NCBI GenBank assembly: GCA_043803945.1
Contig: JAZDJN010000054.1
Location: 96,001 to 160,000, forward strand
From: a bacterium
Lineage (GTDB): Bacteria; Bacteroidota; Ignavibacteria; UBA10030
Direction: 5' to 3'
DNA length: 64,000 nt
Shown in pieces: positions 36,913 through 46,811 of the stretch. A program made the translations under genes and the position numbers. The notes under the pieces are model-generated. The model was not told the origin of the DNA. It saw only the letters and a list, made by a program, of their open reading frames with translations, and made no database searches. Each line of letters starts with the position of its first letter. The stretch's first letter is position 1.

Positions 36913-38400
36913 ATGAGTCAAAATAAAAAATCTGCCGGAGATCAGGCAAAGGTCATGGAAAAAATCGTCTCGCTGGCAAAGAGACGGGGATATGTTTTTC
37001 AATCGAGTGAAATTTATGGCGGCCTGAACGGCTGTTGGGATTATGGTCCGCTCGGCGTTGAAATGTTGAATAACCTCAAGGCGCAGTGGTGGAAGCATAT
37101 GACCTATCGTGAAAATATCGAGGGGATCGATGCTTCTATCCTCATGCATCCTCGTGTCTGGGAAGCCTCAGGCCATGTTGAAAATTTTACTGATCCCATG
37201 GTCGATTGCAAACAATGTAAATCCCGCTACCGAATCGATGTCTTATTCGATGAACTTTCCCTCAAACGGAAAAAGGAGACATTGCGGGAGCTTGAACCGG
37301 GGAAATATGAAGGCCAGGTGAAAGACGAGTTGGTTCTCGCCGAGTTTGAAAAGCTGGTAGCACAGGAAAAAGACGCAGTGAAAGTCATTGCCATTCTCGC
37401 CTGTCCGAACTGCGGCAACAAAGGTACGTTCACCGAGGCTCGAAAATTTAATCTGATGTTCAAAACGTTTGTTGGGCCTATGGAAGACTCTTCCGCCGTA
37501 GTCTACCTTCGGCCGGAGACTGCACAGGGAATTTTTGTGAACTTTCTCAATGTCCAGTCAGCCTCAAGGCAGAAGCTGCCTTTTGGCATTGCTCAGATCG
37601 GGAAAGCATTCCGGAATGAAATAAACACCAAGAACTTTCTCTTCCGCACCCGTGAATTTGAACAAATGGAGATGCAGTTTTTTGTGAAACCGGGAACAGA
37701 CGATGAATGGTTTGAATACTGGCGCTCCGAACGCATGAAGTGGTTCACCGAACTTGGAATGACGAAAGAGAAGCTCCAGTGGCATCAGCATCCAAAAGAT
37801 AAGCTGGCACACTATGCAAAGGATGCATACGATATTGAATATCTCTTTCCGTTTGGGTGGGGAGAGGTTGAAGGAGTCCATAACCGTACTGATTATGATC
37901 TCTCCCGCCACGAGCAATTTTCAGGCAAGACGATGAAGTATTTCGATGAAGAATCGAAAGAGAAATTCACCCCCTTTGTTATTGAGACCTCTGTCGGAGC
38001 CAGCCGTTCCTTTATGGCATTTCTGGTAGATTCTTATAATGAAGAGGAAGCCCCCACGGCTGAAGGAGCGATGGAAACCCGAGTTGTCTTGAAACTTCAT
38101 CCGAAGCTATCTCCGATCAAAGCAGCAATCTTTCCGCTTGTGAATCGGGATGGAATGCCCGAAATTGCCCGCAAAATTGAAGCCGAGTTGCGCTCCCATC
38201 TTCGCGTTTTCTATGATGACAGCGGGGCCGTCGGGCGTCGGTACAGGCGGCAGGATGAAGCGGGTACACCGTACTGTATTACTGTCGACTCTCAATCACT
38301 GCAGGATCAGACGGTGACAATCAGAGATCGCGACTCGATGAAACAGGATCGAATTTCACTCTCAAATATCCGACTCTATCTCACTGAGAGATTGTTCTAG
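36913..38400 (+). CDS. glyQS: Glycine--tRNA ligase (alpha2 type)
   Basis: EIYGG, YLRPETAQG, FRNEI, RTREFEQME, GRRYRRQDE motifs. Confidence 0.97.
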   Translation: MSQNKKSAGDQAKVMEKIVSLAKRRGYVFQSSEIYGGLNGCWDYGPLGVEMLNNLKAQWWKHMTYRENIEGIDASILMHPRVWEASGHVENFTDPMVDCKQCKSRYRIDVLFDELSLKRKKETLRELEPGKYEGQVKDELVLAEFEKLVAQEKDAVKVIAILACPNCGNKGTFTEARKFNLMFKTFVGPMEDSSAVVYLRPETAQGIFVNFLNVQSASRQKLPFGIAQIGKAFRNEINTKNFLFRTREFEQMEMQFFVKPGTDDEWFEYWRSERMKWFTELGMTKEKLQWHQHPKDKLAHYAKDAYDIEYLFPFGWGEVEGVHNRTDYDLSRHEQFSGKTMKYFDEESKEKFTPFVIETSVGASRSFMAFLVDSYNEEEAPTAEGAMETRVVLKLHPKLSPIKAAIFPLVNRDGMPEIARKIEAELRSHLRVFYDDSGAVGRRYRRQDEAGTPYCITVDSQSLQDQTVTIRDRDSMKQDRISLSNIRLYLTERLF

Positions 38401-38406
38401 AACTCC

Positions 38407-39594
38407 ATGTTCCCATTTGGAATGGCTGCGAACACACTCCGATCACTGCTGCTAACGGCGTTTCTCTGTTGTTGGCTGCTGCCATCGGCAGCACTTCGGG
38501 GTCAATGGCTTGAGGATCCCCGTCTTGATGAGAAAATCGTAAAGGGCATCGACGCTATTTACTCGATGGAATTTGAAAAGGCGGACAAAGAATTTTTCGA
38601 TGTCGTTCGCGCCGCCCCCGACCATCCCGCGGGATATTTTTTCCAATGCATGACCCAGTGGTGGCGTCTTCTCGTGAATTTCCAGGATGAATCAAAAGAT
38701 GAACTCTACTACGCAATGATCGAGAAGGTGTTGGAGGTGTGCGAAGAACGACTCGATAGGAATCCCAACGATGTCACAGCATTATTTTTTAAAGGCGGCG
38801 CCATTGGATTCCGCGGGCGTCTTCGAGTCAATCGCAATAAATGGATTGCAGCAGCCAACGATGGGATTATCGCTCTGTGTGCTGTACGGCGTGCCTACGA
38901 ACTGGAGCCGGAGAATTCCGATGTACTTCTGGGGATAGGCATGTATAATTACTATGCTGAGATCATTCCGGCACAATACCCCATTGTGAAACCGTTTATG
39001 CTGTTTCTCCCAAGCGGTGACAAGAAGAAGGGATTAGAGCAACTCATTATCGCATCGCAGCAAGCCCGTTATGCAAGAATTGAGGCGGTGTACTTTCTTG
39101 TCCAATCCTATTTCTCCTACGAGAAACAGTATTGGAAAGCTCTGGAGCTAGCACGTGAGTTGCATGTATCATATCCGCGAAATCCCGTTTTCCATCGGAT
39201 GTATGGTCGTTGTTTTGTTGGCCTGGGGAATTGGTCTGAGGCTTTCAAGATCTTCAGCGATGTAGAAAAGCACTATCGTGAGAAACAATTCGGTTACGAT
39301 GTCTACGACGCCCGGGAGGCCTATTACTACCTGGGGAAATTTCTCTTTTTGGCTGGCCGCCTGGATGAATCGTTAAAGAGTTTTCTCCAATGTGATGAAC
39401 TCTGTCGCCGCCTGGACAAAGAGGGTGCGTCAGGATTTATGTCCATGGCAAACCTGACAATGGGATTCATTTTCGATCTACAGAAGAAGCGAGGATCAGC
39501 GCTTGCACAGTATCAAAAAGTACTTAACATGAGAGAGTTCGAGAATACCCATAGGGATGCTCAGAAGTACATGCGATCTCCATATTCGAGGTAA
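38407..39594 (+). CDS. Exported TPR protein
   Basis: Signal peptide and TPR-like helical repeats. Confidence 0.7.
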   Translation: MFPFGMAANTLRSLLLTAFLCCWLLPSAALRGQWLEDPRLDEKIVKGIDAIYSMEFEKADKEFFDVVRAAPDHPAGYFFQCMTQWWRLLVNFQDESKDELYYAMIEKVLEVCEERLDRNPNDVTALFFKGGAIGFRGRLRVNRNKWIAAANDGIIALCAVRRAYELEPENSDVLLGIGMYNYYAEIIPAQYPIVKPFMLFLPSGDKKKGLEQLIIASQQARYARIEAVYFLVQSYFSYEKQYWKALELARELHVSYPRNPVFHRMYGRCFVGLGNWSEAFKIFSDVEKHYREKQFGYDVYDAREAYYYLGKFLFLAGRLDESLKSFLQCDELCRRLDKEGASGFMSMANLTMGFIFDLQKKRGSALAQYQKVLNMREFENTHRDAQKYMRSPYSR

Positions 39595-39596
39595 GT

Positions 39597-40343
39597 ATGA
39601 AATTTCAGATATTGCTGTTTGGTACCATCGCCGCACTTGCGGTTATCCTTGGCGGAGCGTTGGTGTATTTTAAACGTTCGTGGCCAAAACGTATCCAGGA
39701 GATGATGCTCGCTCTCGGAGCAGGCTTCATCCTGGCACTGGTATTTCTCAAGCTTGTTCCCTCAAGCTTTAAGATCATTGGAGAGAGTGCGGCCATCTAT
39801 ATGCTGCTCGGATACAGTGTCATTCATTTCTTTGAGCATACGGTTGCCACCCACCTCCATTTCGGCGAGGAAACACACACCGAAGTGATGGTTTCGCATG
39901 TTGCCAGTATTTCTGCGTTTACCGGATTGTTCATCCATGCCTTCTTCGATGGAGTTTCTATCTCTGTCGGGATGCAGTTCAATGCCCTTGTTGGCATTCT
40001 TGTTTTTGTTGCCATTCTGCTTCATAAACTTCCTGAGGGATTGACAATCGGATCTATTGTCCTGGCTGCAGGATTTCCGCGAAGGACAATAATAACAGCA
40101 GCGCTCGCATTGGGATTTGCCACGCTGCTCGGGGTTTGTACAATATTCGTTTTCGAGCGAGTGAGTGAACAACTGACAGGAGCAGCGTTCGCATTCTCCG
40201 CTGGTGTGGCTGTCTATGTTGGCGCTTCAGATTTGGTCCCGGAAGTGAACAAATCTGAAGAACGGACTCCCCCCTTATTGGTTTTTGTTGGAATCCTTCT
40301 CTTCTTCCTCAGTGAGTCGTTATTGGAAAAGCTGGTAGGGTAG
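39597..40343 (+). CDS. ZIP-family metal transporter
   Basis: IHAFFDG and LLHKLPEG motifs; 8 TM helices. Confidence 0.9.
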   Translation: MKFQILLFGTIAALAVILGGALVYFKRSWPKRIQEMMLALGAGFILALVFLKLVPSSFKIIGESAAIYMLLGYSVIHFFEHTVATHLHFGEETHTEVMVSHVASISAFTGLFIHAFFDGVSISVGMQFNALVGILVFVAILLHKLPEGLTIGSIVLAAGFPRRTIITAALALGFATLLGVCTIFVFERVSEQLTGAAFAFSAGVAVYVGASDLVPEVNKSEERTPPLLVFVGILLFFLSESLLEKLVG

Positions 40344-40349
40344 GGAAGT

Positions 40350-41294
40350 CTAAAGTGCGATACCAAGCGAGAATCGGTGGAGTGCTCCGATCTTCCCATA
40401 CGAATTAAAGGCATAATCTATTACGTAGTCTTTCCAAACAATTCCGCCGCCAAGCGACATTCCTGCAAATCCCGCTCCGGATCCAAGTTTGAGATCTTTT
40501 CGTAACTGGTTGTTATAGCCAAACCGGAAGCGAACCGATTCGCTCATCAGGAATTCTGCTCCGATGGAAAATGCACTGAACCGATTGAGCAGCTTTTCAT
40601 TTGTCTCGTTCAAACGATGGAAATTGAGATTCAATAGCACCGGGAGATGCTGCGGCCTTTTCGTAACTCCAATTTTTACATCCAGCGGCAGCCGTTCCTT
40701 CGTCATTCCAAAAGAACTCAATTGCGTTCCCAGGTTCAGAATACTGGCACCAAGTGTAATATTCTCTGCGGGGATTTGATAGAGCACGCCGACATCCATC
40801 GCCAGAGCAGAGGAGGTATAGGATGCAAGGGAAGAATAAATAAACTTGAGGCCAACACCGATACTTGTTGCTTCATCAATCGTTGTTCCATAACCGGCGG
40901 AAATTGCAAGATCACGTGCCGCAAATGTTCCGAGCGTATTCATAGACTCGTCTGTCTCAGTAAATGACCCATAATCGATGAAATGAATTCCGGCGCCAAA
41001 GTACCCCAATCCCTCATACTCGCGGGCATATGCCAGATGTCCGCCATTCACGTCGAGCAGGTGTCGTTCAAAGCCAAGGGAGATTCTCTGCTGAGTCAAC
41101 GTGGTCAGTGCGGCTGGATTATAGAAGATGACGAGCGGGTCATTCGTCATCGAGACAAAACTGCCATTTAAGCCTGCGACACGGGCTCCAACATCAGTGC
41201 GAAGAAATAAGTATGATGGCCGCTCTTCGGCATACAGGGCCTGGGAACAGACGAAGATGACAAGTATGGCTGTGATTTTAATTTTTTTCATCAT
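40350..41294 (-). CDS. PorV/PorQ-family outer-membrane protein (type IX secretion associated)
   Basis: FL...GAR..GL, FYNPAAL, beta-barrel, C-terminal DYAF...HRFSL. Confidence 0.8.
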   Translation of the reverse strand: MMKKIKITAILVIFVCSQALYAEERPSYLFLRTDVGARVAGLNGSFVSMTNDPLVIFYNPAALTTLTQQRISLGFERHLLDVNGGHLAYAREYEGLGYFGAGIHFIDYGSFTETDESMNTLGTFAARDLAISAGYGTTIDEATSIGVGLKFIYSSLASYTSSALAMDVGVLYQIPAENITLGASILNLGTQLSSFGMTKERLPLDVKIGVTKRPQHLPVLLNLNFHRLNETNEKLLNRFSAFSIGAEFLMSESVRFRFGYNNQLRKDLKLGSGAGFAGMSLGGGIVWKDYVIDYAFNSYGKIGALHRFSLGIAL

Positions 41295-41538
41295 GATAAT
41301 TTACCCAATAATGGGTTGAATTTCAAGATTTCTTTCCAAGTACCATACGAGGATCGCGAATCGATTGTGTACATTGGAATTCTTTTTGGGAGAAAATCGT
41401 TTATTAAAGACAGCGGATCAATGAGACCTCTTCCCTCGCATTCGGCCGAGGGTGAGGAAAAAACGATTGCATCTTACCCTTGATCTAATTACTTTTGCTA
41501 AGTATCGTAACGGTACAATCAAGAAGGATTTCTACACC

Positions 41539-42216
41539 ATGATCAATCTCGCAATTGTTATTCTCCTAAGTTATATCGTAGGTTCCGTTCCAACGAGCAT
41601 TATGTTATCGAAATGGATCCATGGATTCGATATAAGAACAAAAGGAAGTGGCAATGCCGGTGGGACGAATGTGTTTCGAGTGCTTGGATGGAAAGCGGGA
41701 TTATTCGTAATCATCGTCGATGCCGGGAAGGCAGCAATTGCTACTACGATTATTGCAAGGCTCTTTTGGGATCCAGCACTTCCGTTCTATAACAGAACAC
41801 CATTCGATGACTTTACGATCATCCAGATCATCTGCGGTGCGGCGGCAATTATTGGCCACATCTGGACTATGTTTGCGGGATTCAAGGGTGGCAAGGGGAT
41901 TGCTTCAGGCGCAGGAATGCTTATCGGCATTGCACCTACGGAATTCGCAATTTCCATTGGAGTTTTCTTATTGGTCTTATGGCTTTATAAAACAGTCTCC
42001 CTTGGTTCCATTGCGGCAGCGATTTCTTTCCCATTTTCCATCTTTCTCCGTCATAACGTTCTGGGAGATGAAATCCACAGCTACAAGACATTGATCGTAT
42101 TCAGTTTCGCTGTTGCAGTACTCCTGGTGTATTCCCATCGGGAAAATGTTAAACGCCTTATCGCCGGAACGGAAAAGAAAATTAATTCCTCCAGCGAAAA
42201 AGCAAACGAGTCATGA
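41539..42216 (+). CDS. plsY: Acyl-phosphate:glycerol-3-phosphate acyltransferase
   Basis: GSGNAGGTNVFR, FKGGKGIA and HRENVKRL canonical motifs. Confidence 0.95.
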   Translation: MINLAIVILLSYIVGSVPTSIMLSKWIHGFDIRTKGSGNAGGTNVFRVLGWKAGLFVIIVDAGKAAIATTIIARLFWDPALPFYNRTPFDDFTIIQIICGAAAIIGHIWTMFAGFKGGKGIASGAGMLIGIAPTEFAISIGVFLLVLWLYKTVSLGSIAAAISFPFSIFLRHNVLGDEIHSYKTLIVFSFAVAVLLVYSHRENVKRLIAGTEKKINSSSEKANES

Positions 42217-42313
42217 CGGATTCATCCCTTCACGCAGCAGCGAAGAAGAGAAAAACCATCAGTGAACCACTCATCGTTTTAGTGCATATCGATCAGAGCA
42301 TCTGCCATTACAC

Positions 42314-43309
42314 ATGAAAGTCACTGTACTTGGTGCTGGAAGTTGGGGGACAACGCTCGCTCTTGTCCTAATGGATAATGGTCACGATGTAAATCTCTGG
42401 ACGTTCGATCCGAAACAGGCTGAGGAGATGCGAGAACTGCGTGCCAATCCCAATTTCCTTCCAGGAATTCCGCTTCCACCCTCTCTCGGAGTATCTTCGG
42501 ATATTGAAGCAGCCTCCTCCAATCGGGATATGATCGTGATGGCGGTACCGGCACAGTTCCTCCGTTCGGTCATCCAAAGCATCGCCCATCTTAATCTTGA
42601 ACGGACAATCATCTGCAATGTCGCTAAGGGGATTGAGAATGGCACCTTCATGACCATGTCGGAAGTTCTTATCGATGTTTTGCAGCATGAACGAAAAGAA
42701 AATCTCGCTACTCTCTCCGGTCCGAGCCATGCAGAAGAGGTTTCGAAAAAAATACCCACGGCTATCGTTGCCGCCTCCTACAAGAATCGCACGGCAAAGG
42801 TGGTGCAGGACGCATTCATGACCCCCTATTTCAGAGTCTACGTCAATGATGATATTCGTGGAGTCGAGGTGGGGGGATCATTGAAAAATGTTATAGCTGT
42901 TGCTGCAGGAATAAGCGATGGTGCTGGTTTTGGTGATAATACAAAAGCAGCACTTATGACCAGAGGAATTTATGAGATCACACGCCTCGGAGTCAAACTT
43001 GGTGCTCATCCGAAAACATTTGCCGGATTATCTGGAATGGGTGATCTCATCGTCACCTGTATGAGCCGGCATAGCCGGAATCGTTATGTTGGAGAGCAGG
43101 TGGGGAAAGGCAGGAAATTAGAGGATGTGCTCAAAGAAATGGTGATGGTGGCTGAGGGTGTGGCGACAGCCCGTTCGGCACGTGACATTGAGAAGAAGTT
43201 CGGCATCGATCTGCATATCATTACCGGCGTCTATCGGGTTCTCTTTGAAGGCAAGAATCCTCGAGAAGCTATCATCGATCTTATGATCGGGGATTCCAGA
43301 GGCGAATAG
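42314..43309 (+). CDS. gpsA: NAD(P)H-dependent glycerol-3-phosphate dehydrogenase
   Basis: GAGSWG, KGIE, LSGPSHA, KNVIA, GDLIVTC.SRHSRN motifs. Confidence 0.97.
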   Translation: MKVTVLGAGSWGTTLALVLMDNGHDVNLWTFDPKQAEEMRELRANPNFLPGIPLPPSLGVSSDIEAASSNRDMIVMAVPAQFLRSVIQSIAHLNLERTIICNVAKGIENGTFMTMSEVLIDVLQHERKENLATLSGPSHAEEVSKKIPTAIVAASYKNRTAKVVQDAFMTPYFRVYVNDDIRGVEVGGSLKNVIAVAAGISDGAGFGDNTKAALMTRGIYEITRLGVKLGAHPKTFAGLSGMGDLIVTCMSRHSRNRYVGEQVGKGRKLEDVLKEMVMVAEGVATARSARDIEKKFGIDLHIITGVYRVLFEGKNPREAIIDLMIGDSRGE

Positions 43310-43494
43310 ATTTCAAAATTGAATCTGTGCAATTACTATCCTGACCTCGTCTTCCGATTTTTCCATTCAAAACATCCATTCTTGTCAGATTTGAAGGCAC
43401 ATTGTTGCGCGCAGATTCGAGTTGTTGATTCTCGCCTCCCTTTTCCTTAATTTTAATAATAAACTAAAGATTAGGTAGCTTGTTTGGAATTTCA

Positions 43495-44142
43495 ATGATT
43501 GATTTCCTTTTCATTTTTTTGGGTGGATACCTGTTGGGATCAATCCCTACGGCATATCTTATCGTGAAATGGAAATCCAATATCGATATCCGTAATGCTG
43601 GCAGTGGTAATGTCGGTGGTTTTAATGCGTATGGAGTCACGGGCTCTGTCAATACCGGGATTCTGGTTGGTGTGCTGGATGGCCTGAAAGGATTAGCTGC
43701 TGTCCTCCTTTCACTTCTATTACCGGAACAATCATACTGGCTCTCAGCAGTTGTTTTGTTCGGTGCTATGATGGGTCATATATACCCAATTTGGCTTCAG
43801 TTTAAAGGGGGAAGAGGTCTTGCGACAACTGCTGGGGGGATGTTTATTCTCGGTTTTAGTTTCACACTCGTCTGGTGTATTATGTGGGTGATTGGTAGAG
43901 TCTTCAAGATGGAGATCGTCAACTCGAATCTGCTGGCGATCATCCTCACACCGATAATCCTCAATGTGTTACCGTGGAATTTTGTGTATCGTGGAATAGT
44001 ATTAATCGTGCGTCCCGAGGAGTTTATACTTTTCTCCTGCATTATCAGTGTTATTTTGGTCCTTGGTCACCGCGACGTCATAGTGAAGATATTTCAGAAA
44101 TCAAATAAAATAGAAGAGAATACCATTAATAATTCCCTATGA
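43495..44142 (+). CDS. PlsY paralog with divergent catalytic motifs
   Basis: GYLLGSIP, GSGNVGGFNAYG, DGLKG, GHIYP, FKGGRGLA, HRDV. Confidence 0.85.
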   Translation: MIDFLFIFLGGYLLGSIPTAYLIVKWKSNIDIRNAGSGNVGGFNAYGVTGSVNTGILVGVLDGLKGLAAVLLSLLLPEQSYWLSAVVLFGAMMGHIYPIWLQFKGGRGLATTAGGMFILGFSFTLVWCIMWVIGRVFKMEIVNSNLLAIILTPIILNVLPWNFVYRGIVLIVRPEEFILFSCIISVILVLGHRDVIVKIFQKSNKIEENTINNSL

Positions 44143-45362
44143 ACAATTACTATCTGAAAATATATCTTTCCATTGCCTTTTTACTTCTGCTCGGCATTGG
44201 AATCGGCTATATGATTAAGCCTTCATCTGCTGCAGTAGGTACTGCAATGGAGGCTGCACGGGAATTCGAAGAAGCATTCCCCAATGTGAAAAAGGCAGGT
44301 CTTGAAATTCAAGCTTCTCAGGATCAAGTTTCTCAATCCCGGCAGAACGCAATTACCCGGGCAGCGGCAAGGGTGAGTCCCGCCACTGTGGGAATCAATG
44401 TCACCGAAATACGGGAACAGCGTGGAGTATTTTCTGATAAAGATATCAGAAGATTCTTTGGCGATGATCCAACCTGGAAGCAATTTTTTGGGTCCCGCCA
44501 ATATGAAGTAAAGAATCTTGGATCAGGAGTTATCATCTCGCCCGATGGGTATATCGTCACCAATAACCATGTTGCCGGAAACGCCACAAAGATTACAGTA
44601 ACTCTGGCCGGTGGAAAGCGCTATGAAGCAGATCTTATCGGTGCCGATCCTCTCTCCGATATTGCTTTGCTTAAGGTGAAAGCGACAGATTTGCCTTATG
44701 CAACGCTTGGAAATTCCGATGACCTGATCGTCGGTGAATGGACCATCGCGTTAGGGAATCCCTTTGGTTTATTTGAAATTAATAAGGAGCCTACCGTAAC
44801 AGTTGGGGTCGTTTCGTCACTTTCCATGAATCTTGGAAAACAGGGGGATGCCTATTACCGGGATATGATCGAGACAGATGCGGCCATCAACGGAGGGAAC
44901 AGCGGCGGACCACTCGTTAATACCTTGGGTGAAGTCATTGGCATTAATACCCTGATCTTTACCGGTGGAGTCAGTCAGGCGTTCGTCGGCTATGGATTTG
45001 CCATTCCCGTCTCCAAGGTGAAAAAAATTGTGGCACAATTGAAACGAACTGGCAAAGTAGAAAAGGAGATCTGGTTCGGCTTTGAAGCGCAACAGGTTGA
45101 TGCTCGAGTAGCACGCTACTTCGGTCTCTCTCGTGTCGAAGGGATCATCGCCAGTGAAGTTTATCAAAATAGTCCTGCGGATAAAGCTCGCATCAAAGTG
45201 GGAGATATTATTCTGGAGATTAACGGTCAGAAGGTGAATAATGAAGATGACTTGATCGGACTTCTTCTCGATGCTGAACCCGGCGACCTCTGGAAATTGA
45301 AGATATTTCGGGAAAAGAAAATGATTGATATCGATCTGAAACTGGAACGTCAGAAAAAATAG
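44139..45362 (+). CDS. HtrA/DegS-like serine protease with one PDZ domain
   Basis: TNNHV, DIALL and TDAAINGGNSGGPL triad motifs; N-terminal TM helix. Confidence 0.93.
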   Translation: MNNYYLKIYLSIAFLLLLGIGIGYMIKPSSAAVGTAMEAAREFEEAFPNVKKAGLEIQASQDQVSQSRQNAITRAAARVSPATVGINVTEIREQRGVFSDKDIRRFFGDDPTWKQFFGSRQYEVKNLGSGVIISPDGYIVTNNHVAGNATKITVTLAGGKRYEADLIGADPLSDIALLKVKATDLPYATLGNSDDLIVGEWTIALGNPFGLFEINKEPTVTVGVVSSLSMNLGKQGDAYYRDMIETDAAINGGNSGGPLVNTLGEVIGINTLIFTGGVSQAFVGYGFAIPVSKVKKIVAQLKRTGKVEKEIWFGFEAQQVDARVARYFGLSRVEGIIASEVYQNSPADKARIKVGDIILEINGQKVNNEDDLIGLLLDAEPGDLWKLKIFREKKMIDIDLKLERQKK

Positions 45363-45371
45363 GAAACCAAC

Positions 45372-46667
45372 GTGATCGAACGCTATACCCGCCCCGAGAT
45401 GGGGAAAATTTGGGAAGATGAGAATAAGTATCGAATCTGGCTTGAGATCGAAATTCTTGCATGTGAAGCACAGGCGGAATTGGGCGTTATTCCTAAAGAA
45501 GCCGTGGAAGTCATTCGCCGGAAAGCTCAGTTTAATGTCAATCGAATCCTTGAGATCGAAAACGAAGTGAAGCATGATGTCATCGCTTTTCTGACAAATG
45601 TGGGCGAGGCTATCGGGCCTGAATCAAGATTTATTCATGTGGGAATGACATCATCGGACATTCTCGATACCTGCCTTGCGGTTCAAATGAAGCAGTCGGG
45701 TGAACTACTCCTGAAAGGTTTAGAGAAACTGAGGGATGTGCTTGCGCTTCGTGCCAAGGAATTTAAATATACCTTGACAATCGGGAGAACGCACGGCATT
45801 CATGCAGAGCCGACAACCTTTGGATTGAAACTTGCACTATGGTTTGCGGAAACCGTTCGAAATATCACCCGAATGAAGAGCGCATTACAGACCATCTCTG
45901 TCGGCCAGATTTCCGGGGCGGTCGGAACCTATGCACATCTCGATCCTTTTATCGAACGCTATGTTTGTGAAAAGCTTAGACTTACTCCGGCTCCCGTTTC
46001 GACTCAGGTTTTACAGAGAGACAGACATGCGGAATTTTTAACAACAATCGCTCTCTGTGGTTGCTCACTTGAGAAATTTGCCACTGAGATCCGCCATCTG
46101 CAAAAAACAGAGGTACTTGAAGCTGAGGAATTTTTTTCGAAAGGGCAGAAAGGTTCCTCAGCGATGCCGCATAAGAGGAACCCTATAGCTTGTGAACGAA
46201 TTGCAGGGCTCTCCAGAGTCCTTCGGGGTAACGCACTTGCCGCTATGGAGAATGTCGCGTTATGGCACGAGCGTGATATAACACACTCTTCAGTGGAGAG
46301 AGTCATCCTTCCCGATAGCTGCATTGTACTGGATTATGTGATGGCACAATTTATAAAAATTGTTGGACAGCTCCTGGTCTATCCTGACACTATGCTTGCC
46401 AATATCCAGAAGACCAATGGACTGATCTTTTCTCAGGACATTCTCTTGGCTCTGACTGAAAAGGGAATGAAAAGGGAGGAAGCGTATCGAATTGTTCAGG
46501 AACAGGCAATGCTGGTCTGGAGTGAAAAAAAGAATTTTAAGGAACTTCTCCTCTCAACAAAAGAGGTAACGGACTGCCTGACGAAAAAAGAAATTGAGGA
46601 TCATTTTGATCTTCAGCGAAGTATCAAGCATGTTGATTATATCTTCAAACAGGTTGGACTTGAGTAA
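45372..46667 (+). CDS. purB: Adenylosuccinate lyase
   Basis: [23 protein letters not shown] and [11 protein letters not shown] motifs. Confidence 0.97.
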   Translation: MIERYTRPEMGKIWEDENKYRIWLEIEILACEAQAELGVIPKEAVEVIRRKAQFNVNRILEIENEVKHDVIAFLTNVGEAIGPESRFIHVGMTSSDILDTCLAVQMKQSGELLLKGLEKLRDVLALRAKEFKYTLTIGRTHGIHAEPTTFGLKLALWFAETVRNITRMKSALQTISVGQISGAVGTYAHLDPFIERYVCEKLRLTPAPVSTQVLQRDRHAEFLTTIALCGCSLEKFATEIRHLQKTEVLEAEEFFSKGQKGSSAMPHKRNPIACERIAGLSRVLRGNALAAMENVALWHERDITHSSVERVILPDSCIVLDYVMAQFIKIVGQLLVYPDTMLANIQKTNGLIFSQDILLALTEKGMKREEAYRIVQEQAMLVWSEKKNFKELLLSTKEVTDCLTKKEIEDHFDLQRSIKHVDYIFKQVGLE

Positions 46668-46811
46668 ACAGGAACAGTGAGAGAGACCGTGATTGGAAGG
46701 CCATATATACTATCACTGTATGAACACCAGGAGTTCTTTTGAAATGATTGGTTGTTGCTCCCTCACAGAAAAAAAAGCAACCATCAACACAAAAGAAAAT
46801 GAAGGTGAGTC

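Noticed and set aside
46668-46811. Lysine riboswitch upstream of lat
   Set aside because: Two weak hairpins are present, but the region is short and lacks the L-box conserved motifs
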